From: a bacterium
GTDB lineage: Bacteria; Sysuimicrobiota; Sysuimicrobiia; Sysuimicrobiales; Humicultoraceae
Assembly (NCBI GenBank): GCA_041497675.1
Contig: JBGQGY010000004.1
Span: 1,938 to 65,937 of the forward strand
Direction of reading: 5' to 3'
Length of the DNA: 64,000 nucleotides
Positions 48,751-59,619 of the stretch are shown here, one piece after another (positions within the stretch are counted from its first letter, which is position 1; each line of letters begins with the position of its first letter). The position numbers and the translations under genes were made by a program. The notes under the pieces are model-generated. The model ran no database searches. It was not told the DNA's origin and was given only the letters and a program-made list of their open reading frames with translations.

Positions 48751-50628
48751 CTACCTCAGCACCCAATAGCCCACGATGAGGATGGTCCCGATCAACAGCA
48801 CCAGGGCGTACTGCCGCGCGTATCCCGTCTGCAAACGGCGCGCCGCCTCGCCAAACCCTCCGAACACGTGGCCGACGCCGTTGACGGCGGCGTCGATCAG
48901 CCCCAGGTCGATCGGACCTGCCAACCACCGGGCGAGCGTTTTTCCGGGAGCGACGATGACGGCCTCGTACAGATCGTTGATGTACCAGCCGCGCTCAAAG
49001 AAGGTTCCGGCCACCCCCAGCGACGGATCACGCCCGTCGCGGTAGGCCGTCCATCCAATGAGGACACCGGCAAGGGCCACGGCAATTGAGACACCGGCGA
49101 GCAGGAGCGCAGGGGGAGAACTCGCGATCTCCATCGCCGGTGCCATCAACGGGCCGAGAAAGCGGAGGAGCGGCTCGCCTGCGGCCTGCGCTCCGAGCGC
49201 CCCGCCACCCGCCGCGAGCACGGCGAGCACACCCATCGGCCAGAGCATGAGCGGGGGCGACTCGTGCGGGTGCGCGTTTTGGTCGGCCGGCCGGCCACCG
49301 AAGGTGAGCATCGCCGCCCGGGTCATGTAGACCGCGGTCACGAAGGCTGTCAGCAGGCCCAGCGCATAGGGCAGATAGTTACCCGTGTGCATCCCCAGCG
49401 CGAACGCGTGCTCGAGGATCAGGTCTTTGCTGAAGAAACCGGCAAACGGCGGGATCCCCGCAATCGCCAACACGCCGATGACGAACCCGCCGGCGGTCCA
49501 ACGCAGCGGTCGCGCGAGCCCGCCCAGGCGGCGCATATCGATGACATCGTGCATGGCGTGCATCACACTGCCGGCGGCCAGGAACAACAGCGCTTTGAAG
49601 AACGCGTGCGTGACGAGATGAAAGATGCCTGCGGCCGGCGCCAGAGATCCCATAGCCACGAACATGTAGCCGAGCTGGCTGATGGTCGAGTACGCGAGCA
49701 CGCGCTTGAGATCGTGCTGGCGCAATGCGACCGTTGCGGCGTAAAAGGCGGTCAACGCACCGACCATCGCGATCACGACCGGCACGCCCGGTGCGGTCAA
49801 GAAGAGACGGTCGAGCCTGGCAATCAAGAAGACGCCCGCCGTCACCATCGTGGCGGCGTGAATCAGGGCCGACACGGGCGTCGGGCCTTCCATCGCGTCG
49901 GGCAGCCACACGTGCAAGGGGAGCTGGGCGGATTTCCCCGTGGCGCCCGCAAACAGCAACAACGCGGCGAGGGCGCGCGCGCCGTCCGAGAGACCTGCGG
50001 CGCCGTCACGAATCTTCAGGATGTCCAGCGTGTTCAGCGAGGTGAACAGGATGAGGAGACCGAGCAGAAACGCGGCGTCACCGATACGGTTGACGACAAA
50101 CGCCTTCCGCCCCGCGGTGGCCGCCGCCGGGCGTGTGAACCAGAACCCGATGAGCAGATACGAACAGAGCCCGACGAGCTCCCAGCCGACGAACAGCACG
50201 AGCAGGTTGCCGGCGAGGACCAACAGCAGCATCGAGAACATGAACAAGTTCAAGTAGGCGAAGTAGCGACTCGCGTGAGGGTCTTCGGCCATGTACCCGA
50301 TCGAGTAGACGTGGATCAACAACCCCACGCCGGTGATGGTGAGCACCATGACCAGCGACAGCGCGTCCACGAGCAGGCCGGCCTGCACGTCCAGATCGCC
50401 GGCACCGAGCCACGAATAGAGCGGGAGACCGATCGACAGCGACATTCCGGGCGCACGGGTCTCACCAAACGCGGAGAGGACGACGAGTGCGGTCGCGAAA
50501 CTGGCGGCGACGGCCAGGGCGGCCACCCAGCCCGAGAGCACGCGGGGCAGGCGCCGGCCGATCAACCCGTTGGTCAGCCATCCCAAGAGGGGCCAGAGCA
50601 GGATCCACGGCGCGAACTGGATCGTCAC
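48751..50628 (-). CDS. nuoL: NADH-quinone oxidoreductase subunit L
   Basis: 625 aa with WLPDAMEGPTPVSALIHAATMVTAGVFL and the long C-terminal amphipathic helix region. Confidence 0.9.
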   Translation of the reverse strand: MTIQFAPWILLWPLLGWLTNGLIGRRLPRVLSGWVAALAVAASFATALVVLSAFGETRAPGMSLSIGLPLYSWLGAGDLDVQAGLLVDALSLVMVLTITGVGLLIHVYSIGYMAEDPHASRYFAYLNLFMFSMLLLVLAGNLLVLFVGWELVGLCSYLLIGFWFTRPAAATAGRKAFVVNRIGDAAFLLGLLILFTSLNTLDILKIRDGAAGLSDGARALAALLLFAGATGKSAQLPLHVWLPDAMEGPTPVSALIHAATMVTAGVFLIARLDRLFLTAPGVPVVIAMVGALTAFYAATVALRQHDLKRVLAYSTISQLGYMFVAMGSLAPAAGIFHLVTHAFFKALLFLAAGSVMHAMHDVIDMRRLGGLARPLRWTAGGFVIGVLAIAGIPPFAGFFSKDLILEHAFALGMHTGNYLPYALGLLTAFVTAVYMTRAAMLTFGGRPADQNAHPHESPPLMLWPMGVLAVLAAGGGALGAQAAGEPLLRFLGPLMAPAMEIASSPPALLLAGVSIAVALAGVLIGWTAYRDGRDPSLGVAGTFFERGWYINDLYEAVIVAPGKTLARWLAGPIDLGLIDAAVNGVGHVFGGFGEAARRLQTGYARQYALVLLIGTILIVGYWVLR

Positions 50629-50930
50629 TACCCCCGCAACAGATCGACGTCGTCGATATCCACGGAGTCCCGCGATCGAAAGATGTCGACGATGAGCGCG
50701 AGACCGACCACGACTTCCACGGCGGCCACGACCAGGACGAAAAACACGATGACCTGACCGTCCACCGTGCCCAGCTGTCTGGCAAACGTCACGAAGGCCA
50801 GGTTCACCGAGTTCAGCATCAACTCAACGGCCATGAAGATGATCAGGGCGTTGCGCCGCACCAATACGCCGACGGTGCCCAACACAAAGAGCACCGCGGA
50901 CAGCAGCAGATAGGCGCCCGGCGGGACCAC
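50628..50930 (-). CDS. nuoK: NADH-quinone oxidoreductase subunit K
   Basis: 100 aa with three TM helices and [10 protein letters not shown]. Confidence 0.9.
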   Translation of the reverse strand: MVPPGAYLLLSAVLFVLGTVGVLVRRNALIIFMAVELMLNSVNLAFVTFARQLGTVDGQVIVFFVLVVAAVEVVVGLALIVDIFRSRDSVDIDDVDLLRG

Positions 50931-50933
50931 CGG

Positions 50934-51440
50934 CTACCGCGGCTCCTCGCCGGATTGGCGGCGACCCAGCACGACCGCGGCGATCATGCCGACCAGCAGG
51001 ATGATCGACGCCAGTTCGAACGGCAGGATGTAGGTGCCGAACAGGGACTGCCCCACCTGCTGCGCCGTCCCGAAGTCGGGCTCGACCTGCGCGAAGGGTC
51101 CTGTCGCGGCCAGGACCGCGACGGCGAGGACCACCAGGTAGACCGCGCCGAGGACGATGGCGGCGGCGCGCTGGCGGGGCAGTTTCTCGCGCGACCCCTC
51201 TCCCCGCCTCGCGTGCAGCAGCATGATCACAAAGAGGAACAAGACGACGATGGCCCCAGCGTAGACGATCACTTGAAGCACCGCGATGAATTGCGCCGCC
51301 AGCAGCAGGTACATGACGGCGAGCGCCGCCAGCACCATCAGCAGCGCGAGCGCGCTGTGCACAGGTTGCCGGGACGCGATCACCCCAACGCCGCCCGCCA
51401 GGGCCAGACAGGCCGCAGGCACAAAGATCAGCCACTCCAC
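50934..51440 (-). CDS. nuoJ: NADH-quinone oxidoreductase subunit J
   Basis: 168 aa with a NuoJ-like TM profile (VIVYAGAIVVLFLFVIML). Confidence 0.85.
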   Translation of the reverse strand: MEWLIFVPAACLALAGGVGVIASRQPVHSALALLMVLAALAVMYLLLAAQFIAVLQVIVYAGAIVVLFLFVIMLLHARRGEGSREKLPRQRAAAIVLGAVYLVVLAVAVLAATGPFAQVEPDFGTAQQVGQSLFGTYILPFELASIILLVGMIAAVVLGRRQSGEEPR

Positions 51441-51446
51441 GCGGCG

Positions 51447-51920
51447 CTAGACCTCCCGCCCCGGGTCGCGACCGGACGCGCCGGGTGACGGCTCAGTCAG
51501 CATCGGCTTCGTATAGATCATCGACTCGCGGGTGTACCCCGCGAGCTCATACTCGTGACCCAGGACGATGGCGCCGGTCGGGCACGCCTCCTCGCAGAAT
51601 CCGCAGAAGATGCAGCGGAGCATGTTGATCTGGAAGTCCTCAGCGTACCGCTCGCCCTTACTCACCTGATGTTCGGGCGTGTTCTCGGCGGCCTTGACCA
51701 GGATCGCCTGTGACGGACACACGATGACGCACAGCTCGCACCCCACACACCGCTCCAGACCGTCGGCGTAGAGGGTCAACCAGTGGCGGCCTTTGAAGCG
51801 CGGCTCGACGCGCGTCTTTTCGTCCGGATACTGCGTGGTCACCGGCGGGCGCAGCGCGTAGCGACCCGTCACGAGCAAGCCCCGCAGCATGGCCACCGCC
51901 TGCCTCAGGACCGTTGGCAT
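51447..51920 (-). CDS. nuoI: NADH-quinone oxidoreductase subunit I (2x[4Fe-4S])
   Basis: The two ferredoxin motifs CVGCELCVIVCP and CIFCGFCEEACP are present. Confidence 0.9.
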   Translation of the reverse strand: MPTVLRQAVAMLRGLLVTGRYALRPPVTTQYPDEKTRVEPRFKGRHWLTLYADGLERCVGCELCVIVCPSQAILVKAAENTPEHQVSKGERYAEDFQINMLRCIFCGFCEEACPTGAIVLGHEYELAGYTRESMIYTKPMLTEPSPGASGRDPGREV

Positions 51921-51924
51921 CCTC

Positions 51925-52923
51925 CTACCCTCCGGTCAGCGTGATGACCACGGCCGTCGCCGCGACGTTGAGCAATCCAACAGGGATCAGCACCTTCCAG
52001 CCGAGGGCCATGAGCTGATCGTGGCGGACCCTCGGCAACGTGGCGCGGATCCAGATGAAGAAGCTGGCGAAGAGCAGGGTCTTGATCACGACCCACAGGG
52101 GTCCGGGGAGCAGCGGACCGTGCCATCCGCCGAAGAACAACGTCGACGCGAGCAGACTCATGGTGACCACACCGACGTACTCGCCGATGTAGAACATCGC
52201 GAATTTGAAGCCGCCGTACTCAGTCTGAAAGCCCGCGATCAACTCTTGTTCGGCCTCGGGAAGATCGAACGGGGCCCGGTTCGTCTCGGCGAACGCGCCG
52301 ATCATGAAGATGACGAACGCCACCGGCTGCAGCGCGACAAACCAGATGCGCCGCTGCGCTTCGACGATCTGGACCAAGCTGAGGGAGTTGGCGGTGAGCA
52401 CCACCGACACGACCGCCAACCCGATCGCCAGCTCGTAGGAGATCAACTGTGCGCTGGACCGGAGGCTGCCGAGCAGCGAGTACTTGTTGTTCACCGACCA
52501 GCCACCAAGGATGACGCCGTAGACACCGATCGACGATGCCCCCAGGACCAGCAGGATGCCGACGTTCGGATCGGACAGACGCAGCGGAATCGTCTGGCCG
52601 AAGATCCGCACCTCGGGCCCGATCGGGATCACCGCATAGACGAACAGCGCCGCGATCATCGACAGCGCCGGGGCGACCCAGTACACGATGACATCGGCGC
52701 CGGCGGGAACAAAGTTCTCTTTGAAGATCAGCTTGATGCCGTCGGCAAGCGGCTGGAGGAGCCCAAACGGCCCGACACGGTTTGGTCCGTGACGCAACTG
52801 GAAACGCGCGAGCAGACGGCGCTCGAGCAGGGTCATGTAGGCGCAGGCCGTCAGCAGCAGCACCAGCAGGATGGCGCTCTTGACCGCCGCGCCCACCAGA
52901 TCGCCGACCTGCACCGACGTCAC
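51925..52923 (-). CDS. nuoH: NADH-quinone oxidoreductase subunit H
   Basis: MTLLERRLLARFQLRHGPNRVGPFGLLQPLADGIKL. The GTG start at 52923 overlaps the nuoG TGA (GGTGAcg, verified). The upstream 22 codons of the ORF are rejected. Confidence 0.9.
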   Translation of the reverse strand: MTSVQVGDLVGAAVKSAILLVLLLTACAYMTLLERRLLARFQLRHGPNRVGPFGLLQPLADGIKLIFKENFVPAGADVIVYWVAPALSMIAALFVYAVIPIGPEVRIFGQTIPLRLSDPNVGILLVLGASSIGVYGVILGGWSVNNKYSLLGSLRSSAQLISYELAIGLAVVSVVLTANSLSLVQIVEAQRRIWFVALQPVAFVIFMIGAFAETNRAPFDLPEAEQELIAGFQTEYGGFKFAMFYIGEYVGVVTMSLLASTLFFGGWHGPLLPGPLWVVIKTLLFASFFIWIRATLPRVRHDQLMALGWKVLIPVGLLNVAATAVVITLTGG

Positions 52924-55262
52924 CGGTGCGCTCCCGTCCCGGTTGCGACCAGGGGACGAACCTCGGCCCGAGCCGCGGTTTCCGGCCATCGGAGGAGCGC
53001 ATGCACCGGCACCTCGTCATACCCGCGCGGCAGCAACACCTGTCCGGCCGGCGCCTCCCGGGCGACGCGCGCCTGCACCACCACCGCGCCGTGGGGACTG
53101 CGGATCTCTACCAGCCCTCGATCCGTCACCGCCAGCCGCGCCGCGTCGTCAGGGTGGATCAGACAATGCGGCGCGCCGGCGAGATCGCGGATGCCCCGGC
53201 TGCGACCGGTCATGTTGCCGTGCGTGAAGAGCTGTTCAACCAGGACGACCCACAGGCGTGCGCCATCGTTCGCCGGCGCGCTTGGTGCGGCCGGCACCGC
53301 CTCCGCAACCGGCGGGATCGGCGTGATCGCCCCCACCGCGAGACCAGGCACCATCGCCCGCATCTCGCCGAGCAGCTCGTCGGCCGTCCCAAACGTGATG
53401 AGGTGTCCCAGCCGCCCGGCCAGCATGCCAAAGATCTCGCGGTCGTCGCGTGCCTGCCCCGGCCCCTGAACGGCGGCTGTCAGCGGCAGGGTGCGCCCTT
53501 CCATGTTGGTCACCGTCCCGGACTTCTCCGGGAGGACCAGCGCCGGGAACACCACGTCCGCCTCCTCGGCCGTGCGGGAGAGGAACGCCTCGTGCACGAC
53601 CACAAACCCCACGCCCCGCCGGGCGGCGCCCCACGCCGACCCGTCGGTCACGGCCGTCGCGGGATCGCTCCCCGCCACGTAGAGCACATCCACGTCGCCG
53701 GCCGCCGCACGCTTCAAGATATCGGGCGCAGACCAGCCTCCGCCTTCGGGCGATAACCCGAAACGGTGGGCGCCAATGTCGTTGCCGTGACCCCGCATGA
53801 TGTGCAGCGTGCCCGTGGTGCGCGCTGCAAGATCGCGCGCGGTACTGAGCATCGACGCACCAAACGGCGCGTCGAGCGCGAGCCGGCCAACGAACAGGTG
53901 CACACGGTGTCCGGCACCGATGGTCTGCGCCACATCGGCCGGCAGGTTGGCGAAGACCTCGGCGAGTCTGTCGTACGCCGGCGCCAGTTCGTGAGACGCG
54001 TATCGGGCGATCTCGAGATGTTTGGCGTGCACGATGACCAGCCGCGCGCCGTGATCGACGGCCTGCTTGATCCGCAGCCAGAGAACCGGATACTCCTCCG
54101 TCAGATCGCAGCCGGCCAGCACGAAGACATCGCCCCGGCCGATCTCATCGATGGATGCGCGGAGCCCCCAGGTGGTGCTCAGGCTGGCGCTGCCGGGCGG
54201 TGCGTCGATCCGATGATCGATGTGCGGCGTGCCGGCGACGTCCCTGAAGAACCTAGCCGCGGTCAGCGCCTCTTCGTTGGAGAGCCGCCGGCCCCCCAGG
54301 AACGCCACCCGGCCGGGGGCGTGCTCCAGTGATGCGCGCAGCCGCGAGGCGACCAGATCGAGCGCATCGTCCCAGGTGGTCTCGACGAGGCGGTCCCCAC
54401 GCCGCACCAGCGGCGTGGTCAACCGGTCGTCCGCGCCGACGTAGTCGTGCCCGAAGAACCCGCGGTCGCACAGCCAGATGTCGTTGACCTCGCCCAACTC
54501 GCGCGCCCGCGTGCGCGTAATCTGGCCGCCGCGCACGTCGAGCCAGATCGCGCAGCCGAGCCCGCAATGCGTGCAGGTCGACGGCACCGGCTGGTTGTCC
54601 CACGGCCGGGCCCGAAACCGGTAGGTCTTGCTGGTGAGCGCGCCGACCGGGCAGATCGCGATCGTGTTGCCGATGAACTTCGATTCGACGGGAAGCGTAA
54701 ACGGCGTGTTGATCTCGCTGGTGAAGCCGCGTTCGAACCCCTTGAGCGCGTCGTCCCCGGCAATGATCTCTCCAAACCGCACGCACCGCCAGCAGAGGAT
54801 ACAGCGTTCGCGGTCCAACGCCAGCACCGGACCTAGGGAAACGGGTTTGGCAAAGTCGCGCTTGGCTTCGATGAAGCGGCTGTGCCCCGGTCCCCAGCGA
54901 TACGTCTGGTCCTGTAGCGGGCACTCGCCGCCCTTGTCGCAGATCGGGCAGTCCAGCGGGTGGTTGATCAGCAAGAACTCGAGGATGGCCTCCTGGCCCG
55001 CCTTCACCTCTGGCGAGACCGTGTCGACCACCATCCCCTCCCCCACCGGCAGCGTGCACGACGTCTGCAGTTTCGGCATCTTCTCGACCTTCACCAGACA
55101 CATCCGGCACGCGCCCAGCGGCGGCATCCGGTCGTGATAGCAGAAGATCGGAATCTCGATCCCGGCGCCGCGGGCCGCCAGGTATGCCGTCGTGCCCTTG
55201 GGCACCGTGACGGTCCGGCCGTCGATCGTGAGCGTGACGACGTCGGTTGGGTTAGTGACCAT
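52920..55262 (-). CDS. nuoG: NADH-quinone oxidoreductase subunit G (75-kDa Fe-S subunit)
   Basis: Start MVTNPTDVVTLTIDG at 55262, verified. A 2Fe-2S motif (CYHDRMPPLGACRMC), 4Fe-4S motifs and the molybdopterin-oxidoreductase-like domain are present. Confidence 0.9.
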   Translation of the reverse strand: MVTNPTDVVTLTIDGRTVTVPKGTTAYLAARGAGIEIPIFCYHDRMPPLGACRMCLVKVEKMPKLQTSCTLPVGEGMVVDTVSPEVKAGQEAILEFLLINHPLDCPICDKGGECPLQDQTYRWGPGHSRFIEAKRDFAKPVSLGPVLALDRERCILCWRCVRFGEIIAGDDALKGFERGFTSEINTPFTLPVESKFIGNTIAICPVGALTSKTYRFRARPWDNQPVPSTCTHCGLGCAIWLDVRGGQITRTRARELGEVNDIWLCDRGFFGHDYVGADDRLTTPLVRRGDRLVETTWDDALDLVASRLRASLEHAPGRVAFLGGRRLSNEEALTAARFFRDVAGTPHIDHRIDAPPGSASLSTTWGLRASIDEIGRGDVFVLAGCDLTEEYPVLWLRIKQAVDHGARLVIVHAKHLEIARYASHELAPAYDRLAEVFANLPADVAQTIGAGHRVHLFVGRLALDAPFGASMLSTARDLAARTTGTLHIMRGHGNDIGAHRFGLSPEGGGWSAPDILKRAAAGDVDVLYVAGSDPATAVTDGSAWGAARRGVGFVVVHEAFLSRTAEEADVVFPALVLPEKSGTVTNMEGRTLPLTAAVQGPGQARDDREIFGMLAGRLGHLITFGTADELLGEMRAMVPGLAVGAITPIPPVAEAVPAAPSAPANDGARLWVVLVEQLFTHGNMTGRSRGIRDLAGAPHCLIHPDDAARLAVTDRGLVEIRSPHGAVVVQARVAREAPAGQVLLPRGYDEVPVHALLRWPETAARAEVRPLVATGTGAHR

Positions 55263-56526
55263 GCGCCGATCCTCCGGCGGCAACCTGCGCGGCACGGCCG
55301 ATGTGGGCCTCATACTCGCCGCGGAAGTGCCGCAACGACGCGACCAGGCTCGGCGGCACGCTCTCGCCGAGCGGGCAAAAACACGTGCCGGTCATGCCCT
55401 TCGCGACGCTCTCCAACAGGGCCAGGTCGGCGGCGCGACCCCGCCCGTGCAGGATCCGCTCGAAGACCTGGCCGATCCAGACCGTCCCCTCCCGGCAGGG
55501 CGTGCACTTCCCGCACGACTCTTCACGGTAGAACTCGACGTGCCGCGCCATCACCTCGACGATGTCCGCCGTGTCGTCGAGCACCACGACCGCCGCCGAG
55601 CCGAGCATCGTGCCTGCCGCGCGCAGGCTGTCGTAGTCCATTCGCACATCCAGTTGGTCTTCGGTCACCAGCATCGATGACGATCCCCCGGGGAAGGCCG
55701 CCTTGAACCGCCGCCCCGCCCGCAGCCCACCCGCGTGCGTGAAGATCATGTCCCGCAGCGTCGTGCCCAGCGGCAGCTCGTACACACCGGGTGTGACGAC
55801 GTGGCCGCTGACCGAAAAGAGGGCGGGCGGGCCGAGTTCTTTGTATCGCTCGGGCCCCAGGGTCAGGATCGCCGGCACGTGACACAGCGTCTCGACGTTG
55901 TTCAGCAGCGTCGGCTGCTGATACAAACCCGCCTGCGCCGGGAAGGGCGGTCTGAGCCGCGGCATCGCGCGGCGGCCTTCCAGCGACTCGAGCAGCGCGG
56001 ATTCCTCACCGGCGATGTACGCCCCAGCGCCCGAATGGACCACGATGTCCACGGTGTGCGGGCCGCCGAATATCCGTTGCCCGACGAAGCCCGCCGCCTG
56101 CGCCTGCGCCAGCGCTTCGTCCAACAGCCTGCGCCCCTCGTAGAACTCTTTGCGCAGATAAATGTAGGCCTTCTTCGCGCCAACCGTGACCGACGCAATG
56201 ATGAGGCCTTCGAGCAGCAGGTGCGGGCAGCCTTCGACCAACGTCCGATCCTTGAAGGTCCCCGGTTCACCCTCGTCGCCGTTGACCACGACGTACTTGA
56301 CCGGCGCACCGCGCGGGATGAACTTCCACTTCTGCCCGGTCGGGAAGCCCGCTCCGCCCTTCCCCCGCAGCCCGGACTGCACCAGGATGTCGATGACCGA
56401 GTCGGGCGGCACCTCGCCGAGCGCGACGCGTCGCGCGGCTTCATAGCCGCCCCGCGCCCGGTACGTCTCGAGGTCGTGCGTCCCGCCATCGCGGGTCCAC
56501 GTGAGCAGGATCGACTCGGCCATCAT
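55252..56526 (-). CDS. nuoF: NADH-quinone oxidoreductase subunit F (FMN/NADH-binding)
   Basis: Start MMAESILL at 56526 (ATGA overlap with nuoE, verified). The FMN motif GAGAYIAGEESALLESLEG and the 4Fe-4S motif ESCGKCTPCREG are present. Confidence 0.9.
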   Translation of the reverse strand: MMAESILLTWTRDGGTHDLETYRARGGYEAARRVALGEVPPDSVIDILVQSGLRGKGGAGFPTGQKWKFIPRGAPVKYVVVNGDEGEPGTFKDRTLVEGCPHLLLEGLIIASVTVGAKKAYIYLRKEFYEGRRLLDEALAQAQAAGFVGQRIFGGPHTVDIVVHSGAGAYIAGEESALLESLEGRRAMPRLRPPFPAQAGLYQQPTLLNNVETLCHVPAILTLGPERYKELGPPALFSVSGHVVTPGVYELPLGTTLRDMIFTHAGGLRAGRRFKAAFPGGSSSMLVTEDQLDVRMDYDSLRAAGTMLGSAAVVVLDDTADIVEVMARHVEFYREESCGKCTPCREGTVWIGQVFERILHGRGRAADLALLESVAKGMTGTCFCPLGESVPPSLVASLRHFRGEYEAHIGRAAQVAAGGSAHGH

Positions 56527-57014
56527 GGATACCGATTCAGCAGCTCGTCGACGCCGGCCGTGTTGATCCGGGCGTGGCGGTCTTCGTCGATCAACAACAC
56601 CGGCGCCTCCTCGCACGCGGCAAGGCATTCCGCGGTCTTGAGCGTAAACCGCCGGTCCGGCGTCGTCTCACCCGGCGCGACCCCCAACCGGTCCTGAAAC
56701 TGCTGCAGCACCTTCGCGCAGCCGTTCAACATGCACGAGAGGTTCGTGCACACTTGGATCACATGCCGGCCCACCGGCTCCAGGTGCAGCAGGTGATAGA
56801 ACGACGCCACCGAGGTGACCTCTGAGAAGGGCAGACTCAACGTGTCGGCCACGCCCTGAAGCGCGTCCGGGGTCAGCCAGCCGGTCTCGCCTTGCGCGAC
56901 GAACAGCGCAGGAAGCAAGGCCGACTGCCGATGCTCGTAGAGCCCGGCGAGCCGCCGGATCTCGGCGTGTGCGGCGTCGCTGAGACCTGCCGTGTGCGCG
57001 TGACCTTCGATCAC
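56523..57014 (-). CDS. nuoE: NADH-quinone oxidoreductase subunit E (2Fe-2S thioredoxin-like)
   Basis: CTNLSCMLNGC...CLAACEEAP is the NuoE cluster-binding pattern. Confidence 0.9.
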   Translation of the reverse strand: MIEGHAHTAGLSDAAHAEIRRLAGLYEHRQSALLPALFVAQGETGWLTPDALQGVADTLSLPFSEVTSVASFYHLLHLEPVGRHVIQVCTNLSCMLNGCAKVLQQFQDRLGVAPGETTPDRRFTLKTAECLAACEEAPVLLIDEDRHARINTAGVDELLNRYP

Positions 57015-58189
57015 CGATCCACGTCCCCGAGCACGATGTCGATGCTGGCGATCGCCACGACAACGTCGGCGATGTAGCCGCCGCGGACCATCACCGGTAG
57101 CGCCTGAAGATTGTTGAACGACGCCGACCGCACCCGCACGCGCAGAGGGCGGTTGCTGCCGTCGCTGGCAATGTAGTAGCCCTTCTCACCACGCGGGGAC
57201 TCCACCGCCGCGTAGACGTCCCCGACCGGCGGCCGGATGCCCTCGCTCACCAGCTTGAACTGGTGGATGACCGCCTCCATGCTCCGGACGAGTTCGTGCC
57301 GCGGCGGTAGCGCGACTTTGCGATCCTCGACGATCCAGGGGCCGGGAGTGATGCGGCCGAGCGCCTGCCGGATGATGCGAACGCTCTGCCGGATCTCTTC
57401 CATGCGGATCCTGTAGCGGTCAAAGGCGTCGCCGTTCTTTCCCAGGGGCACGTCGAACTCATACTGCTCGTACCCGCTGTACGGAAACGCCTTGCGCACG
57501 TCATAGTTGACGCCCGATCCTCGCAGCGTCGGCCCGGTGCAGCCATAGCGCAGCGCGTCCGCGGGCGAGAGCAGCGCAATCCCCTCAGTGCGTTTCCGCC
57601 AGATCAAGTTGTCGGTGAGCAGCGCCTCATACTCATCGACCCGCGCCGGTAGCGCCTCAATGATCCGGCGCACCCGCGTTTCGAAGTCTTCCGGGAGGTC
57701 CCACTGCAGACCGCCGATCCGGAGGTAGCCGTGCATCATGCGCTGGCCGGAGACGGCTTCGAAGAGGTCCAGGATGCGCTCTCGGTCGTCGAAGCAGTAG
57801 ATGAAGACGCTCGTCACGTTGAGATCGATGGCGCTGGTGCCCAGCCAGACGAGGTGGCTCGCGATGCGCGAGAGTTCCATCAGGATGACACGGGCCACCT
57901 GGGCACGAGGCGGTGGGGTTGCGCCGAGCAACTTCTCGACAGCCAGACAGTACGCGGTCTCTTCGATAAAGGTCGCAAGATACTCGATGCGGGCCGGAAA
58001 GACGATGTTCTGATGGTACGTCCGATTCTCCATCTCTTTCTCGAACCCGGTGTGGAGGTACCCGATGACCGGGACGGCGTCGCGGACGACCTCGCCCTCT
58101 AGTTCGAGGATGACGCGCAGGACCCCATGGGTCGCGGGGTGCTGCGGTCCCATGTTGATCGTCAGGGTTTCGGTCCGCCCGCTAGACAC
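57011..58189 (-). CDS. nuoD: NADH-quinone oxidoreductase subunit D (49-kDa)
   Basis: TLTINMGPQHPATHGVLRVILELEGEVV...GYLHTGFEKEMENRTY. The start is placed at the GTG at 58189 (VSSGRTETL) and is uncertain. An ATG at 58153 is the alternative. The upstream 59 codons of the ORF are rejected. Confidence 0.85.
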   Translation of the reverse strand: MSSGRTETLTINMGPQHPATHGVLRVILELEGEVVRDAVPVIGYLHTGFEKEMENRTYHQNIVFPARIEYLATFIEETAYCLAVEKLLGATPPPRAQVARVILMELSRIASHLVWLGTSAIDLNVTSVFIYCFDDRERILDLFEAVSGQRMMHGYLRIGGLQWDLPEDFETRVRRIIEALPARVDEYEALLTDNLIWRKRTEGIALLSPADALRYGCTGPTLRGSGVNYDVRKAFPYSGYEQYEFDVPLGKNGDAFDRYRIRMEEIRQSVRIIRQALGRITPGPWIVEDRKVALPPRHELVRSMEAVIHQFKLVSEGIRPPVGDVYAAVESPRGEKGYYIASDGSNRPLRVRVRSASFNNLQALPVMVRGGYIADVVVAIASIDIVLGDVDR

Positions 58190-58248
58190 GGCACACTCGC
58201 ATTCGGTGACCGGCGCGCAACTGCGCCCGGCCGGCCCGTTCGCGCCTC

Positions 58249-58773
58249 CTACGATCGTGGTGGCGACTTGGGGATGATCGTGCTCGGTACCTTCGGGACG
58301 TGCTCGACGAACTCGACCGGTTCCTCGGTCAGCGGAACATCTCTGCGGAGCGGGTACCCTTCCCAATCATCCGGCATCAGGATACGCGTCAGGTTCGGAT
58401 GCCCGTCGAACCGGATACCGAAAAAGTCGTAGACCTCGCGTTCCAACCAGTTGGCCGCAGGCCACAAACCGGTCGCGCTGGCGATGACGGGCGAGTCCCC
58501 CGGCAACCGCGCTCTCACCCGCAGCCGCACCGACGCAGCATACCCAGTGAGCAGGTAGACCACTTCAAAACGGGGCTCGTGCGGGTGTCGATCGAGAGCG
58601 GTCAGGTCGGTGAGCACGAACGGCCCACCGGGCGCAGCGCCGAAGGCGCCGAGGACGTCGAGCACGCGCTCCGCTGGGACGGTGACCGTGGTCTCAGCGC
58701 GGAACTCGGTCACGTCCAAGGCGACGCCCGTGTGCTGCTGAACCCTCGCCACCAGGTCGCCGACCGCGCTCAC
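58249..58773 (-). CDS. nuoC: NADH-quinone oxidoreductase subunit C (30-kDa)
   Basis: The GTG start at 58773 (GTGA overlap with nuoB) has CAGGAGG upstream, verified. [20 protein letters not shown] is the NuoC signature. Confidence 0.85.
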   Translation of the reverse strand: MSAVGDLVARVQQHTGVALDVTEFRAETTVTVPAERVLDVLGAFGAAPGGPFVLTDLTALDRHPHEPRFEVVYLLTGYAASVRLRVRARLPGDSPVIASATGLWPAANWLEREVYDFFGIRFDGHPNLTRILMPDDWEGYPLRRDVPLTEEPVEFVEHVPKVPSTIIPKSPPRS

Positions 58774-59270
58774 CGCCGGCCTCCTGTCGCCGCGATCTTT
58801 TCTTGCAGCTTGATGATCCCGTACAACAAGGCCTCGGGCCGCGGTGGGCAGCCCGCGATGTAGACATCCACCGGGATGACCTTGTCCACACCCTGGACCA
58901 GCGCGTAGTTGTTGAAGACGCCGCCGCAGGACGCGCAGTCCCCCATCGCGATGACCCATTTGGGTTCGAGCATTTGATCGTAGATGTGGCGGATGACCGG
59001 CGCCATCTTCTGCGAAACCCGGCCGGAGACGATCAGCAGGTCGGCCTGGCGGGGCGACGCTCGAAACAGCTCACTCCCGAAACGCGCGATGTCGAAGCGG
59101 GCGGCCGCGGCGCCCATCATCTCGATGGCGCAACAGGCCAGCCCAAACTGCGCCGGCCAGAGGCTGCCCGCGCGCGCCCACCCGAGCATCCGGTCGACGG
59201 TCGTGACCAGCAGACGCTTCTCGAGGTCGGCCGCCTCGCGCTCGATCCCTGCCCGCGGCGTTACTGCCAT
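58770..59270 (-). CDS. nuoB: NADH-quinone oxidoreductase subunit B (20-kDa, N2 cluster)
   Basis: [10 protein letters not shown]...[14 protein letters not shown]...GCPPRPEAL, the conserved Cys ligands of NuoB. Confidence 0.9.
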   Translation of the reverse strand: MAVTPRAGIEREAADLEKRLLVTTVDRMLGWARAGSLWPAQFGLACCAIEMMGAAAARFDIARFGSELFRASPRQADLLIVSGRVSQKMAPVIRHIYDQMLEPKWVIAMGDCASCGGVFNNYALVQGVDKVIPVDVYIAGCPPRPEALLYGIIKLQEKIAATGGRR

Positions 59271-59614
59271 TCCAACGCCCCGCGTTTCCAGGCGTAGATC
59301 AGACCCAGGCCGAGGATGCCGACGAAGACCAGCATCTCGAGGAGCCCGGTAAGCCCGAGACTCCGGTAGACGACGGCCCAGGGGAACAAGAACACGGTCT
59401 CGATGTCAAACAGCAGAAACAGCATCGCGATCAGATAGTAGCGGATCGGGACGCGCTCGCGGGCGCTCCCGATCGGCCACACGCCGGATTCGTAGGGCTC
59501 TTGTTTGGGAGGGGTGGGCCGGCTGCCCCCGAGGAGCGCATGAGCGGCCAGCAGGACGACGGTAAGGCCGACGACCAGGGTGAAGTGAACGAACACCGGG
59601 AGGTATTCAGACAA
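59261..59614 (-). CDS. nuoA: NADH-quinone oxidoreductase subunit A
   Basis: PYESG...[24 protein letters not shown] is the NuoA signature. The start is uncertain. It could be the TTG at 59614 (LSEYLPVF) or the ORF-maximal start at 59710, whose first 30 aa are hydrophilic and unlike NuoA. Confidence 0.8.
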   Translation of the reverse strand: MSEYLPVFVHFTLVVGLTVVLLAAHALLGGSRPTPPKQEPYESGVWPIGSARERVPIRYYLIAMLFLLFDIETVFLFPWAVVYRSLGLTGLLEMLVFVGILGLGLIYAWKRGALEWQ

Positions 59615-59619
59615 TGCCG